Origin: a candidate division FCPU426 bacterium
GTDB lineage: Bacteria; Oederibacteriota; Muellerivitia; Muellerivitales; Muellerivitaceae
Direction of reading: 5' to 3'
Length of the DNA stretch: 64,000 bases
Assembly (NCBI GenBank): GCA_963796105.1
Contig: CAWCKJ010000003.1
Coordinates: 192,001 to 256,000, forward strand
Shown here piece after piece: positions 29,301-40,259 of the stretch. A model generated the notes under the pieces. It had not been told where the DNA came from. It saw only the letters and a program-made list of their open reading frames with translations, and did no database searches. Positions within the stretch are counted from its first letter, which is position 1, and every line of letters starts with the position of its first letter. The position numbers and the translations under genes are program-made.

Positions 29301-31212
29301 ATTTACGCCAACCCCAAAAGCCACACCTGCTTATCCACCTGTAGTTTGGATTTCCGGAATTACATATCCAGGGGTCGTCACTGGTTATGTAATTTATAGG
29401 TCTAGCGATCCCAGTTTCCCTTCCAACAATACTCCAATTACAAATGTCACGGGTCCGGTGTCATTTATTCCTGATAATGGGGCAGTCTCGGGTTATACAA
29501 ATTACTATGAACTTTTAGCTAATGACACCAATCATATAAGCGTCAATCCGTTGCCAGGAACGGCCCCTGTGGTTTCCGTTGATGTTTGGCCAAACGTCCC
29601 CTCAAGCATGGCCTGCCAGCCAGCCAGCACATCAATAAACCTATCCTGGGCTGCCCCTATAGGAAACCTCGTTATTACGGGATATGAAATCCACCGCAGT
29701 ACCTGTCCAACCTGCCCCCAGACATTGTTGGCCACTGGCGTTTCCAAACCTACTTATCAGGACAACTTGGCGACGCCCCGCGTTCCATATTTTTATGAAG
29801 TCGATTCAGTGGCCTCAAACGGTCTTACGAGCGCTCAAAGCTCCGCTTCGGGTCTCGCTGTGTCTCCCGTATCATTGCAAAACACCCCATATGCCGCATC
29901 CAACAACCTGAATTGGTCGCCGGTTTCCGTTGCCACGCCTAGCAATATCACCGGATATGTTGTCTATCGAATGACTTTGCAAAATCCCGCCACCCAAATA
30001 CCCGTTTCTTTCACTTCTATATCGCCACTTTTGGAAGGAATCAATAATACGGTTTATGCTGATATTAATGTTACAGAAGCCACAACTTATGCTTATGAGG
30101 TGGCGCCGGCCGCATTGAATCCTGCCGGAGGCTATATTTTGGGTCCCTTCTCAAATGCCGTGACTCAATCGGTCTTTCCACAACCAGTGGCGGATTTGGA
30201 AGCCGCTTCAGGGGATGGAATTGTTCAATTGCGGTGGGATTACCAGGGAACAGCGGATAACGCCTTTACTTACACCATCATGCGGAAGCTTGGGGCCGCG
30301 CCGGATATCGACTATCAGGTTCTCAAATCTGGTTTTTCTGGGATCAATTACACTGACTCCCCTGTTCAAAACAAAACATTTTACGATTACGAAGTTATAG
30401 CCGCGGACGCGAATGGGCAGGCCTCAACAGCGCAATACGTAACCGCGTTACCGGCCAAACCGCCAATCGTCACTGATACCGCCGTTAGTTTGAGCCAAAG
30501 CCAAGGAGGAACAATCCAGGGAAACACCTTGATATGGTCTGCGGCTAATATGATGGTGACTGTCATAAATAATGGGGTGACTAGCGTCACTAGCAATGTC
30601 GAAAATTTTGACCCGGCTAACATGTATCCATTAGGGGGTTATTTGCTGTCTCGTTCCACCGACGGGGGTGGAATTTATACTTATACCCATATTATTTCCG
30701 CGCCGACACCCTCCAGCGGGGCAACAATAGGGCCGGCGGCAGTCACTTATTTTGACCCGGTCCAATTGGTTCAGGGAAACACGAATACTTATTTAATCCA
30801 AGCGTTCGACGCACCTCCTGATTTACCGCTTCCACTGGCGCAGGCTGTCACCCAAAGTTGGGTGCACCTTTCAAATTATAATTTGGTTACAGCGTATCCA
30901 CTGAACGCCGGAGCGGCTTTGGACCTAAACGCCATTCGTCCATTCGGCACCGCTACCAAAGTACACATTCGGTTTGTGGTCACGACACCCGGAAATGTGA
31001 ATATCAAGGTGTATGCCCTGAACGGTACTTTCATCAAGGAGTTGGTCAACCGATGGTTTACCAGCGGTGTTTATGGAACGCCTGATAGTCCTTATCCCTT
31101 GATTTGGGACGCTCGTAATATGAACGGGACTTTAGTGGCTTCCGGGGTTTATCTGATTACGGTTGAGGTTAACGGCCACCAGGAAATAGACAAGATCGCC
31201 GTCATCAAATAA
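26356..31212 (+). CDS. Large secreted Fn3-repeat, Thr/Pro-rich protein with FlgD-Ig/T9SS-type C-terminal domain
   Basis: About a dozen W...Y.IYRS...Y.V.A Fn3-like units; C-terminus VNIKVYALNGTFIKEL...WDARNMNGTLVASGVYLITV...KIAVIK. Confidence 0.82.
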   Translation: MKTLINPKLGIFFCAMNFYYYLCAAFFILGSLRGSLYAQLPPPGGLTGNVANGAVTLQWLPIPSASPTAYFIYRSLVENTATMTDTPPSTPSSPESPIDTFTITPTPSPITSVLAGTSSYIDYQVTNGRTYLYQVNAIDISGLGFPASVLVIPYGPAEAITQLTIQNNQHSGALDLYWGIPSSTYPVSIYQIFRYDVTTTPIFTPTLTNTPSNTPMAIMPPPQLTPWNTPTNSYTPTKTSTFTVTDTPTYTPTGTRSPTSTPTNLFPASAVLTLNPNPIAITSDNTYSDIPVPSSENYFYVVQAVDSQGNPGLLPTYAAGPAGVKYNLPPDPPVLMGFVPVTPTPTYGVQLYWNGPLASEGVTVYTLISNETPIATFTTPSPTMGYLDFKITESNNSGNPTTYQVVASSAVTSSNSNPIQLSISKSSLSGQPTVIPVVTANAVSLSWSDGVTGTYGLAGYWIFKALNGYPGTTGLSPTPTPIATVLETATPNLVYSWVDAPTPVNHMGYWVQPFDNALTGGIIGTPTILNLAPTPVSTVSAVNVVGGNNQVNVSWSGNAGPGFFGTPANYVIYRFYSTPTQTPTLTSIATVGYTQNNFNDFILVVTANPQVEYQVGVVDAFGNTSDLTAISNPVTTSNLGLPLQPTVLPLAGATNSLLYSWIQNPQSDQVDSYYLFGQDWPTLTATTTPTPVVNLVPSPTMSYSNPGSSWSSSIFYLLAHNSVGYSKPATLSGIPVPPYQVTAIPTSSQQVLVTWNLIPTPNAKTAVDGFNIYRSNISGAEFVSIGNASPAQTNFIDPNAQPGKNYFYRVTAKGHDVIGDELSESPLYPTPVAEAGFYSWPSTPMGLSAQGGINQTTLYWSYNPTDEFVTDYLIYKNGNLTPVLTVMATLSPTNTLAPASPSPTATITPTPNLTPLQTQTATITPSPTPTGYYVTLPDNAAQESSYQIVAQNIQGFSTPSNTVSILCDPIINPTAGLTPPQGFTPTPKATPAYPPVVWISGITYPGVVTGYVIYRSSDPSFPSNNTPITNVTGPVSFIPDNGAVSGYTNYYELLANDTNHISVNPLPGTAPVVSVDVWPNVPSSMACQPASTSINLSWAAPIGNLVITGYEIHRSTCPTCPQTLLATGVSKPTYQDNLATPRVPYFYEVDSVASNGLTSAQSSASGLAVSPVSLQNTPYAASNNLNWSPVSVATPSNITGYVVYRMTLQNPATQIPVSFTSISPLLEGINNTVYADINVTEATTYAYEVAPAALNPAGGYILGPFSNAVTQSVFPQPVADLEAASGDGIVQLRWDYQGTADNAFTYTIMRKLGAAPDIDYQVLKSGFSGINYTDSPVQNKTFYDYEVIAADANGQASTAQYVTALPAKPPIVTDTAVSLSQSQGGTIQGNTLIWSAANMMVTVINNGVTSVTSNVENFDPANMYPLGGYLLSRSTDGGGIYTYTHIISAPTPSSGATIGPAAVTYFDPVQLVQGNTNTYLIQAFDAPPDLPLPLAQAVTQSWVHLSNYNLVTAYPLNAGAALDLNAIRPFGTATKVHIRFVVTTPGNVNIKVYALNGTFIKELVNRWFTSGVYGTPDSPYPLIWDARNMNGTLVASGVYLITVEVNGHQEIDKIAVIK

Positions 31213-31224
31213 TAAAATATCCAT

Positions 31225-31992
31225 TTGGTTAAGTTTGATGGGCTCATCATGATTTTCAACCCAAGAAATCTTATCCGTGATTATTTGACCGACTTCATCT
31301 TTCCGAAAGTCTGTCAAAATTGCGGAAATTATTTCAAGGAAGGATTGTCCAATATTCTTTGCCGATCTTGTTTCGATTCCATTCTCCCCTACGAAGATCC
31401 CGTTTGCAATCATTGCGGTGTTTCTCTGCCCATAAGAGGATTTGAGTCCGCCGTCAATATCAGATGCCGTGATTGCGGCGAAGGGAATTATCATTTGGAT
31501 TTTGTCCGTTCCTTGGGTGCTTATGAGGGCCCCATTCGAATCATCCACCACGCCTTCAAGTTTGAGGGGATGGAAAGACTTAAAACGCCGGTCGCTGATA
31601 AAATAGTTAAACATGTGCCTCATTTTTTTTGGAATAACGTGGAGGCCTTAGTGCCAGTTCCTCTTAGCTCCGAAAAGGAAAGGGAAAGAGGATATAATCC
31701 CTCTGATTTGCTGTCAGAAGAAATTTCGCGTAGAATCGGCATACCCGTAATAAAGATCTTGCGAAAAGTTAAACCCACGCCTCCCCAAATGTCGTTAGAA
31801 AGAACTGAACGTTTGAAAAACCCCCGGAACGCTTTCGCTATTGATAATTCAATGATGATGCCAAAGAAAATTATAATGATTGACGATGTTTATACGACAG
31901 GATCGACTTTGGAGGAATGCGCTCGAATTTTAAAAATGTCCGCTGATATTTGGGTTGGCGCTCTTGTTTTCGGGCGCACTCCCCGTCGTTGA
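31225..31992 (+). CDS. comF: ComF family protein (double zinc ribbon plus PRTase-like domain)
   Basis: Four CxxC pairs, VPVPLS..RERGYNPS, IDDVYTTGSTLEEC. Confidence 0.9.
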   Translation: MVKFDGLIMIFNPRNLIRDYLTDFIFPKVCQNCGNYFKEGLSNILCRSCFDSILPYEDPVCNHCGVSLPIRGFESAVNIRCRDCGEGNYHLDFVRSLGAYEGPIRIIHHAFKFEGMERLKTPVADKIVKHVPHFFWNNVEALVPVPLSSEKERERGYNPSDLLSEEISRRIGIPVIKILRKVKPTPPQMSLERTERLKNPRNAFAIDNSMMMPKKIIMIDDVYTTGSTLEECARILKMSADIWVGALVFGRTPRR

Positions 31993-32045
31993 TTGCGGCA
32001 CTAAACGCGCATTTTTTGTCAAAATTCCATTTATGATCCATGCTA

Positions 32046-32074
32046 TTGACCGTCTAAAAACCCTGTGTTAGTTT
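32046..32074 (+). promoter_or_regulatory. Putative sigma70 promoter of the gap operon
   Basis: TTGACC, 17-bp spacer ending in TGn, TAGTTT. Confidence 0.5.
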
Positions 32075-32170
32075 ATCGCTTCATTAACGGTCGCTTTAAT
32101 ATGTTTTTCGTGATTTTTGGCCTTTTGGTTAAGTTGAAATGGGTCTTAAATACCGGGCACCGTTGGGTAG

Positions 32171-33247
<1,077 letters not shown>

Positions 33248-33265
33248 AATCAGTAAAAATGTTTG

Positions 33266-33303
33266 AAGCCGCGGAGACGCTAAAGGGTGTTTTCGCGGCT
33301 TTT
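33266..33303 (+). terminator. Hairpin after gap (terminator or mRNA stabiliser)
   Basis: AAGCCGCGGAGAC / GTTTTCGCGGCTT stem with short T tail. Confidence 0.5.
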
Positions 33304-33308
33304 CCTTA

Positions 33309-33752
33309 ATGGGTGAAAATATGTGGTATCCAGTTGTTTGGTGGGTTGTAACCGCGGTAGTTTTTTTCATTTTGGAGTTGGTGACCACATCGTTTTTTTT
33401 CATGTGGATTGGAGCCGGAGCCGTTGTTACCGCTTTACTTAGTATGGTGGTGGACAAATCCTGGATCCAGTACACCACTTTTGCTTTTTCATCCATTCTT
33501 TTAATAGCATTCACCCGCCGTTGGGCCTCTCTTTTATCCGGTAAAGCAACCCGTCCCTCCAACGTGGACTCTCTTGTGGGCCAAATTGCTTTAATTACAA
33601 AAGTTTCCTCCGCCTCTTCCTGGCAGGGTTATCTCAAAGTGGGAGGAGAATCCTGGAAGGCCGAATCGGAAAACAGGGAACCATTGGTTGAAAATAGTCA
33701 AGCTACTGTAGTCGCGGTGAGATCGAATGTGTTGGTTGTTAAAGTTTTATAG
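33309..33752 (+). CDS. NfeD family membrane protein
   Basis: Three TM segments then an OB-fold (LVGQIA..GYLKVGGESWKA..VVAVRSNVLVV); directly upstream of an SPFH gene. Confidence 0.88.
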   Translation: MGENMWYPVVWWVVTAVVFFILELVTTSFFFMWIGAGAVVTALLSMVVDKSWIQYTTFAFSSILLIAFTRRWASLLSGKATRPSNVDSLVGQIALITKVSSASSWQGYLKVGGESWKAESENREPLVENSQATVVAVRSNVLVVKVL

Positions 33753-33773
33753 TTATTAAAAAGGAGAACACTT

Positions 33774-34691
33774 ATGGAAGGTCCTTCACTTGTAGTTCTT
33801 GTTATTTTTGCTTTTATCTACGCTTCATTGGCAATCCGAATCGTTCGCCCCTATGAGAAGGGACTTGTGGAAAGAATGGGGAAATATATTAGGACCAGCG
33901 AGTCAGGGTTAACCGTTCTTGTCCCGTTTTTCGAGAAAATGATCAAGGTGGATATGAGAGAACAGGTCATTTCTGTCCCCCCTCAGGAAGTCATTACAAA
34001 AGACAACGTCGTCGTGACGGTTGACGCCATCATTTATTTTCATGTAACTGATCCATTCCGGGTTGTTTATAACATCCGCTCATTTGAGATGGCGGCGGTT
34101 AAGTTGGCTCAAACGAACTTGAGGAATACGATTGGAGAATTGGACCTTGACCAAACCCTGAACAGCCGCGAACGAATCAACTCCCAGCTCCGCGAAACGA
34201 TGGATGAAGCCACGGACAAGTGGGGTGTCAAAGTTACTCGGGTAGAAATTCAAAAAATCGATCCCCCGGCTGACATTGTCAACGCCATGAGCGCTCAGAT
34301 GAAAGCGGAGCGGACCAAGAGAGCCGCTATCATCGAGGCGGAGGGGATAAAACAGGCCGCCATTACCAAGGCGGAAGGCGAAAAGCAATCGGCGATTCTT
34401 AAGGCGGAGGGCGAGGCGGGCGCCATTGAGCGTGTGGCCACAGCTAATAAATTCCAAAAAATCGCCCTCGCCGAGGGTGAGGGGCAAGCCATTCTAACGG
34501 TGTTCAAGTCTATTCATGACGGCAATCCTACCCAGGATTTATTGGCCCTCAAGTACATGGAGATGCTTGGGCGTGTCGCGGATGGCCAAGCCACCAAAAT
34601 CTTTTTGCCGTTGGAAGCTTCGGGGACATTGGGGGCCTTGAGCACGATCGCAGAGGCATTTAAAACAGATATTAAACAAAAACAAAAATAA
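33774..34691 (+). CDS. SPFH/stomatin-like (QmcA-type) protein
   Basis: GLVERMGKY, VITKDNV, QTNLRNTIG, WGVKVTRVEI, AEG repeats. Confidence 0.92.
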   Translation: MEGPSLVVLVIFAFIYASLAIRIVRPYEKGLVERMGKYIRTSESGLTVLVPFFEKMIKVDMREQVISVPPQEVITKDNVVVTVDAIIYFHVTDPFRVVYNIRSFEMAAVKLAQTNLRNTIGELDLDQTLNSRERINSQLRETMDEATDKWGVKVTRVEIQKIDPPADIVNAMSAQMKAERTKRAAIIEAEGIKQAAITKAEGEKQSAILKAEGEAGAIERVATANKFQKIALAEGEGQAILTVFKSIHDGNPTQDLLALKYMEMLGRVADGQATKIFLPLEASGTLGALSTIAEAFKTDIKQKQK

Positions 34692-34774
34692 GCAACGTGT
34701 AACAGTTTTTCCGGGATTGTTCATTCTGGTTGAATTTATTTCGGCCGTTTAATCTAAAAAGAAAGGGAAGGGCG

Positions 34775-35980
34775 ATGGCAACTTACAACAAAATGAGCGT
34801 AGAGGATATTCAGCCGGCAGGGAAAAAAGTTTTTGTTCGCGTGGATTTTAACGTGCCCCAGGATGAGTCGCTCAAAATCACTGACGATACAAGAATCAGG
34901 GAATCCCTTAAAACCATTCAGTATCTTTCCGGGAAAGGCGCAAAGGTAATCCTTTGTTCCCATCTGGGCAGACCTAAGGGCAAAAAAAATGAGAAATACA
35001 GCCTCAAGCCTGTTGCCGTTCGGCTTTCGGAATTGTTAAAGAAACCCGTTGTTATGATGCCGGATTGCGTGGGGGACTCGGTGAAGGCCGAGGTCGCCAA
35101 AATGAAGGACGGTGATGTGGCTTTGCTCGAAAACGTCCGCTTTTATGACCAGGAGGAAAAAAACGACCTGGTTTTCGCGAAACAACTTTCTGAATTGGCT
35201 GATATGTACGTCAATGATGCTTTTGGCACCGCCCATAGGGCTCATGCATCAACGGAAGGCGTTACTAAATATCTGAAACCCTGCGCGGCTGGGTTTTTAA
35301 TGATGAAAGAAATCAAGTATCTTGGCGGGGCGGTCTCCAACCCGGCCCGACCGTTTGTTGCTATTATTGGGGGCGCGAAAATCTCCGGAAAAATCGATGT
35401 TATCCAAAACCTTATGGTATTGGCTGATACCGTCATCGTCGGCGGGGGAATGGCCTATACCTTTTTCAAATCCCAAGGTATGGAGGTAGGCAAATCATTA
35501 TTGGAAATGGATAAAGTTGATTTGGCCAGGACCACCCTGGAAAAATCTAAGTCCCTGGGAAAGCCATTGCTGCTTCCCGTGGACAATGTCATCGCGCCGG
35601 ATTTGAAAGAGGGAGTCCCAACTAAAGTTGTCCCCTCCAACCAGATTCCCGCAGACTGGGAGGGTCTGGATGTGGGTCCGGAGACGCTTCAAAAATATGA
35701 GGAAGTATTGGCCAAGGCTAAAACCATTTTTTGGAACGGGCCTGTCGGGGCGTTTGAAGTTAAGCCGTTTGACAAGGGAACGCTCGCAATCGCCAATATG
35801 ATGGCCGCGGCCACTGCGCGGGGGGCATCCACCATCGTTGGGGGCGGGGATTCTGTTGCGGCTGTCACGCAAATGGGTCTGGAATTTAAGATGTCGCATG
35901 TTTCAACGGGGGGGGGCGCTTCCCTGGAATTTATGGAAGGCAAACAATTGCCTGGCATTGTCGCTTTGACTGATAAGTAA
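34775..35980 (+). CDS. pgk: Phosphoglycerate kinase
   Basis: RVDFNVP, SHLGRPKG, NDAFGTAHRAHAS, STGGGASLEF. Confidence 0.97.
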   Translation: MATYNKMSVEDIQPAGKKVFVRVDFNVPQDESLKITDDTRIRESLKTIQYLSGKGAKVILCSHLGRPKGKKNEKYSLKPVAVRLSELLKKPVVMMPDCVGDSVKAEVAKMKDGDVALLENVRFYDQEEKNDLVFAKQLSELADMYVNDAFGTAHRAHASTEGVTKYLKPCAAGFLMMKEIKYLGGAVSNPARPFVAIIGGAKISGKIDVIQNLMVLADTVIVGGGMAYTFFKSQGMEVGKSLLEMDKVDLARTTLEKSKSLGKPLLLPVDNVIAPDLKEGVPTKVVPSNQIPADWEGLDVGPETLQKYEEVLAKAKTIFWNGPVGAFEVKPFDKGTLAIANMMAAATARGASTIVGGGDSVAAVTQMGLEFKMSHVSTGGGASLEFMEGKQLPGIVALTDK

Positions 35981-36094
35981 ATTCAGATCAAAATTTACGC
36001 CCTGGGGTTTTTCGAGGTTTACACCTGTTGATCCTGGGGCGTGAATTTAATTCATCCGCCTGAGAATAATTAAAACATTCCATTTGGAGGATTT

Positions 36095-36844
36095 ATGAGA
36101 AAGTCCATCATTGCCGGAAATTGGAAGATGTACAAGACTGTTAAGGAATCGGTGGATTTCGTTAAACAGCTTGATGAAAAGTTCAAGGGTATTCAAGACC
36201 GTGAAATTGTTGTTTGCCCCTCATACCTATCAATACCGGCTGTTTCGGAAGCACTCCGCTTCTCAAACATTTCTGTTGGAGCCCAAGATGCGCATTGGGA
36301 AAACGAAGGAGCTTTTACAGGCAATGTCAGCCCCTCTGTGCTGAAAGAAATAGGCGTGAAATTTATTATCCTTGGCCATTCGGAAAAAAGGCAATATGAC
36401 GCTGAGACTGACGGGAAGATCAATCGGAAACTGAAAAACGTCTTGAAAAACGGCTTGAAAGCCATTGTTTGTGTGGGTGAAACCCTTCAAGAACGGGAAA
36501 CATCCCGGACCGAAAAAGTTATTGAAACCCAGGTTCAAGGTTGTTTTGAGGGAATAAGTTTGGGTGATTTAAGTCAAATTGTGATAGCTTATGAACCGGT
36601 TTGGGCGATTGGTACGGGTAAAACAGCTTCACCTGAACAAGCCAATGAAGTCCATTCCTATATCCGGTCCTTGATTAAGAATAAATTTAATTCGGAAGCA
36701 GCGGACTATTTAAGAATCCAATATGGCGGGAGTGTTAAACCAGATAATGTCAAACAACTCATGGCGCAAAAAGATATTGATGGCGCTTTGGTGGGCGGAG
36801 CAAGCCTGAAAGCAGATTCCTTTTCGGCGATTGTTCAATATTGA
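36095..36844 (+). CDS. tpiA: Triosephosphate isomerase
   Basis: IAGNWKM, GHSEKR, AYEPVWAIGTG, YGGSVKP, LVGGASL. Confidence 0.97.
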   Translation: MRKSIIAGNWKMYKTVKESVDFVKQLDEKFKGIQDREIVVCPSYLSIPAVSEALRFSNISVGAQDAHWENEGAFTGNVSPSVLKEIGVKFIILGHSEKRQYDAETDGKINRKLKNVLKNGLKAIVCVGETLQERETSRTEKVIETQVQGCFEGISLGDLSQIVIAYEPVWAIGTGKTASPEQANEVHSYIRSLIKNKFNSEAADYLRIQYGGSVKPDNVKQLMAQKDIDGALVGGASLKADSFSAIVQY

Positions 36845-37036
36845 ACCAAGTCTGTTTTAACCTTATTTGAGGCCGGTTTCCTGATTGATCCGTGAAAACA
36901 AGTTCGTTTTCCGATGGGAAGCTTTTTCTTCAGCTTGGTTTAGCGTAAAATGCAATGGTTTCACTTTAGTATCGAATAAAATTCTTTGTTTCAAAAAAAA
37001 TGATTTAAACATCCTTTATTAAACTGGGAGCATAAG

Positions 37037-37426
37037 ATGATTGCTTTGATAAACAGTCTTTTTGTGATAGTAGCGATTCTTTTAATTGGGGTGGTATTGA
37101 TTCAACAACCCAAAACATCCGGAGGGTTGTTTTCGGGAACCAGTCAAAGCCTATTGGGTACTGGGGGAAAGACCTTTTGGGTTAAGTTCACGGTCACTGT
37201 CGCGGCTTTATTTATGCTTCTATGTCTCATTTTGAATGTTTTACCACGCTATCAGCAACAGGAAAGTGCGGTAATGGGAGTTATTGAGAAACAACAGAAA
37301 GCGGCTGCCGCGCCACAGGCCAATGCTCCCGTTCCTTCTTCCGTGAACTCGCAAAACAAATTACCCGCAGGAAGTGTTCCAGCTCCTTCACAAAACTTGC
37401 CGGGATCCAATCTGCCTAAGAAATAA
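37037..37426 (+). CDS. secG: Preprotein translocase subunit SecG
   Basis: LIGVVLIQQPK..GGLFSG, two TM segments, conserved position after tpiA. Confidence 0.88.
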   Translation: MIALINSLFVIVAILLIGVVLIQQPKTSGGLFSGTSQSLLGTGGKTFWVKFTVTVAALFMLLCLILNVLPRYQQQESAVMGVIEKQQKAAAAPQANAPVPSSVNSQNKLPAGSVPAPSQNLPGSNLPKK

Positions 37427-37471
37427 GCTGCTGTTTTTGTTTGTGCGTATTAAGAATATAAACCAAGGAAA

Positions 37472-38548
37472 TTGGCGCATATGATTAACGAAAACAAAGC
37501 CCGTTCAACCTTGAAGCAAATCGCGAAATTTTGCGGTGTGTCCCATACGACTGTTTCTATGGTCATCAACCAGAATCCCAGGATTTCCCCTGAAACCCGG
37601 GAAAAAGTTATGGCGGCCATCAAAAAGTTCAACTATTACCCGAATGTGGCCGCCCGAAGCCTCGTCATGTCAAGAACCAATACTATTGGTATTTTCGGGA
37701 CTATGTTTGACTCGCCTTATTACAATGAGATCATCCGCGGGATAGAAATGGAATGCCGTCACGCGAATGTGGATTTGAAAATTTATAATTGCAATGGAAG
37801 TCTTGAGGATTTCAACGATATTTATGACCGTATCCTGGGGGAGCGTCGCATTGACGCAATCATTGCTCTATCCGTTCCGATGGAGGATGCGGTTCTGGAA
37901 CGTTTCCAGAAGGAAGAACTCCCTCTAATCATCCTTCAACCTGTAGCTATTGAAGGACCTAATCACCTTTTGGAAAACATACCCACCCTTCAAGCCGAGG
38001 ACCAAAAAGGCATTTATAAAGCTATTTCTTACCTCATCTCTCTGGGGCATAAAAAAATAGGTTTTATCAACGGCCCTGAGCACCTGAAAATTTGCCAGGA
38101 CCGATTGACAGGTTATCGTGACGCCCTGAGGGATAATAACATCCCTTTTCAAGACTACTTAGTGGCCTATTCCCATGTCAGACCTGACGCTTTTACCATG
38201 GACGCTGGATACCAGTTATCCAAGGATCTCTTGGACCAATTCCCGGATATGACCGCAATTTGCTGCGTGTCTGACACCATGGCTATCGGAGTCATCAAGG
38301 CGGCTCGGCAAAAAGGACGTTCTGTCCCAGCGGATTTATCCATCATCGGTTTTGACGATACCTATGTCGCGCGTTTGGCGGACCCCTCGTTGACCACTCT
38401 CCATCAACCACTTCTAGAAATGGGCAAATCTTCCGTTATTATCGCCCACTCGATTCTTAATAAGAAAAATGTTGAATACCTCCATAGAGGCTTTGATGTG
38501 GAGCTGATCATCCGGGAATCAACCGCGAAACCCCGTAAAAAATCCTAA
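37472..38548 (+). CDS. LacI family transcriptional regulator
   Basis: TLKQIAKFCGVSHTTVSMVIN HTH, YYPNVAARSL, SIIGFDD, LIIREST. Confidence 0.92.
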   Translation: MAHMINENKARSTLKQIAKFCGVSHTTVSMVINQNPRISPETREKVMAAIKKFNYYPNVAARSLVMSRTNTIGIFGTMFDSPYYNEIIRGIEMECRHANVDLKIYNCNGSLEDFNDIYDRILGERRIDAIIALSVPMEDAVLERFQKEELPLIILQPVAIEGPNHLLENIPTLQAEDQKGIYKAISYLISLGHKKIGFINGPEHLKICQDRLTGYRDALRDNNIPFQDYLVAYSHVRPDAFTMDAGYQLSKDLLDQFPDMTAICCVSDTMAIGVIKAARQKGRSVPADLSIIGFDDTYVARLADPSLTTLHQPLLEMGKSSVIIAHSILNKKNVEYLHRGFDVELIIRESTAKPRKKS

Positions 38549-38584
38549 CGTTTCTATCGGGGAATTTTTTATTCCTCTCGTATA

Positions 38585-40225
38585 ATGTCGGCCATGTCAA
38601 TAAACCTCTCGTTCCCTAAGCGCCTTATTCTTTCCGCGGCAAGCGCCGGTTTGGTTTGGCTAAGTTTCCCGAACGTTCTGGAGAAAACCCTCCATCCCAT
38701 TGGAGCTCCATTGGCTTGGATCGCCCTGATACCCTTGTTTTTTGCTTTAAAAAATCAAACGCCTAAGCGAGCAGCCATATTGGGATGGTTATTTGGTTTT
38801 GTGCAATTCGCGGCAATACTCTATTGGATCTCAATACTAGAGGAAGCCAAGGAATTAGGCCCCTTGGCCTGGGCCGCCCTGGTTTCATATTTGAGCCTTT
38901 TTTTTATGGTTTTTGGTTTTGGCTTTTCTCATTTGGAAAGAAGATTTAAAAATTCCGTTGTTTGGATCGCCCCATTTCTATGGACCGCGTTGGAATTTCT
39001 TCGCGGAACTCAACCCTGGGGAGGCTTTAATTGGGGGGAAATCGGCTACAGCCAGGCGCCTTATCCTGCTGTCCTATATGTGACGTCCTTTACGGGTGAG
39101 TATGGATTGACCTTTTTGATCGTTTGGACAAATTTTGCCCTCGCGAATATGTTGATGGATTTCATTGAGCTGAGAATTAATCCAAAACCATTAATTGGGT
39201 TAAATAAATCAACCAAGTTGAAATACCTTATTCCGATGACGGTTGTTTTCATTAATACATCTCTCGGTCACCTCAACCTTGAAAAAACAGCACTGGAAAA
39301 AAGAGGAATCGTTGTCCTTCTGCAGCCATGTATCGATCAAGCCGTCAAGTGGAGCCGTTCCTACGAAGAGGAGACTTATAAACGCTTTGAAGCGCTTATT
39401 CAGGATTGCGCCTCGACTAATCCTGATTTAATCGTTTGGCCTGAAACAGGCGCTCCAAGTCTTTTGCGCTGGAATCCTAAATCATTGAGCCTGGTCAAGA
39501 ATATTGTTTCGCGATCAAAAACACCCCAGTTGGTGGGTTGTTTGGATTTATCACGCGGTAAACCTGGAACTATTTTTTATTTCAACGCCGCAATCCATTT
39601 TGACCCAAGCGGTGCAATTCTGGGAGTTTACTGCAAACGTCATTTGGTTCCATTCGGCGAATTCATGCCGTTTCAAAAATACCTTTCTTTCCTGGGCCCC
39701 ATCGTCCAAAGCCTCGGAAGCTTTGAGCCTGGTCCTGCTTACGTAAAATTTCCGGCCAAATCATTCACCTATTCCCCTACTATCTGTTATGAGGCGACTT
39801 TTCCAGGAGATGTCCAAAAAGCTCTTAAAAATAACGCGGATGCCCTTGTCAGTATCAGTAATGACGCTTGGTATGGGAATACCGCCGCTGCATTTCAGCA
39901 CGCATTAATGGAAGTGGTCCGAGCAGCGGAAGAAAGAAGACCCCTATTAAGAGCCGCGAATACTGGTATATCTCTTATCACGGATCCTTTTGGACGAATA
40001 TTGATTTCGACGAAATTATTCGAGAATAGATTCCTCGCGGGAGATGTTTGGCTCGCGAAAGACAATAAAACAATCTATTCAATGTTCGGAAATTGGTTCA
40101 CGTGGTTTTGTTGTTTAGCGACAATCTTCTTTTTTCTTCTATTGATCGTTAATAAAAAGGGTTTGTCTGAGGGTAAGACAGGAATACCCGCTACTCCACC
40201 ACCACGGGAATTGTTGCCGCTTTAA
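38585..40225 (+). CDS. lnt: Apolipoprotein N-acyltransferase
   Basis: IVWPET, KRHLVPFGEFMP, ICYE, SNDAWYG, RAANTGIS. Confidence 0.93.
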   Translation: MSAMSINLSFPKRLILSAASAGLVWLSFPNVLEKTLHPIGAPLAWIALIPLFFALKNQTPKRAAILGWLFGFVQFAAILYWISILEEAKELGPLAWAALVSYLSLFFMVFGFGFSHLERRFKNSVVWIAPFLWTALEFLRGTQPWGGFNWGEIGYSQAPYPAVLYVTSFTGEYGLTFLIVWTNFALANMLMDFIELRINPKPLIGLNKSTKLKYLIPMTVVFINTSLGHLNLEKTALEKRGIVVLLQPCIDQAVKWSRSYEEETYKRFEALIQDCASTNPDLIVWPETGAPSLLRWNPKSLSLVKNIVSRSKTPQLVGCLDLSRGKPGTIFYFNAAIHFDPSGAILGVYCKRHLVPFGEFMPFQKYLSFLGPIVQSLGSFEPGPAYVKFPAKSFTYSPTICYEATFPGDVQKALKNNADALVSISNDAWYGNTAAAFQHALMEVVRAAEERRPLLRAANTGISLITDPFGRILISTKLFENRFLAGDVWLAKDNKTIYSMFGNWFTWFCCLATIFFFLLLIVNKKGLSEGKTGIPATPPPRELLPL

Positions 40226-40259
40226 AGTTTTTTTGGGGATAAATCCAATTGAGCTTGGA

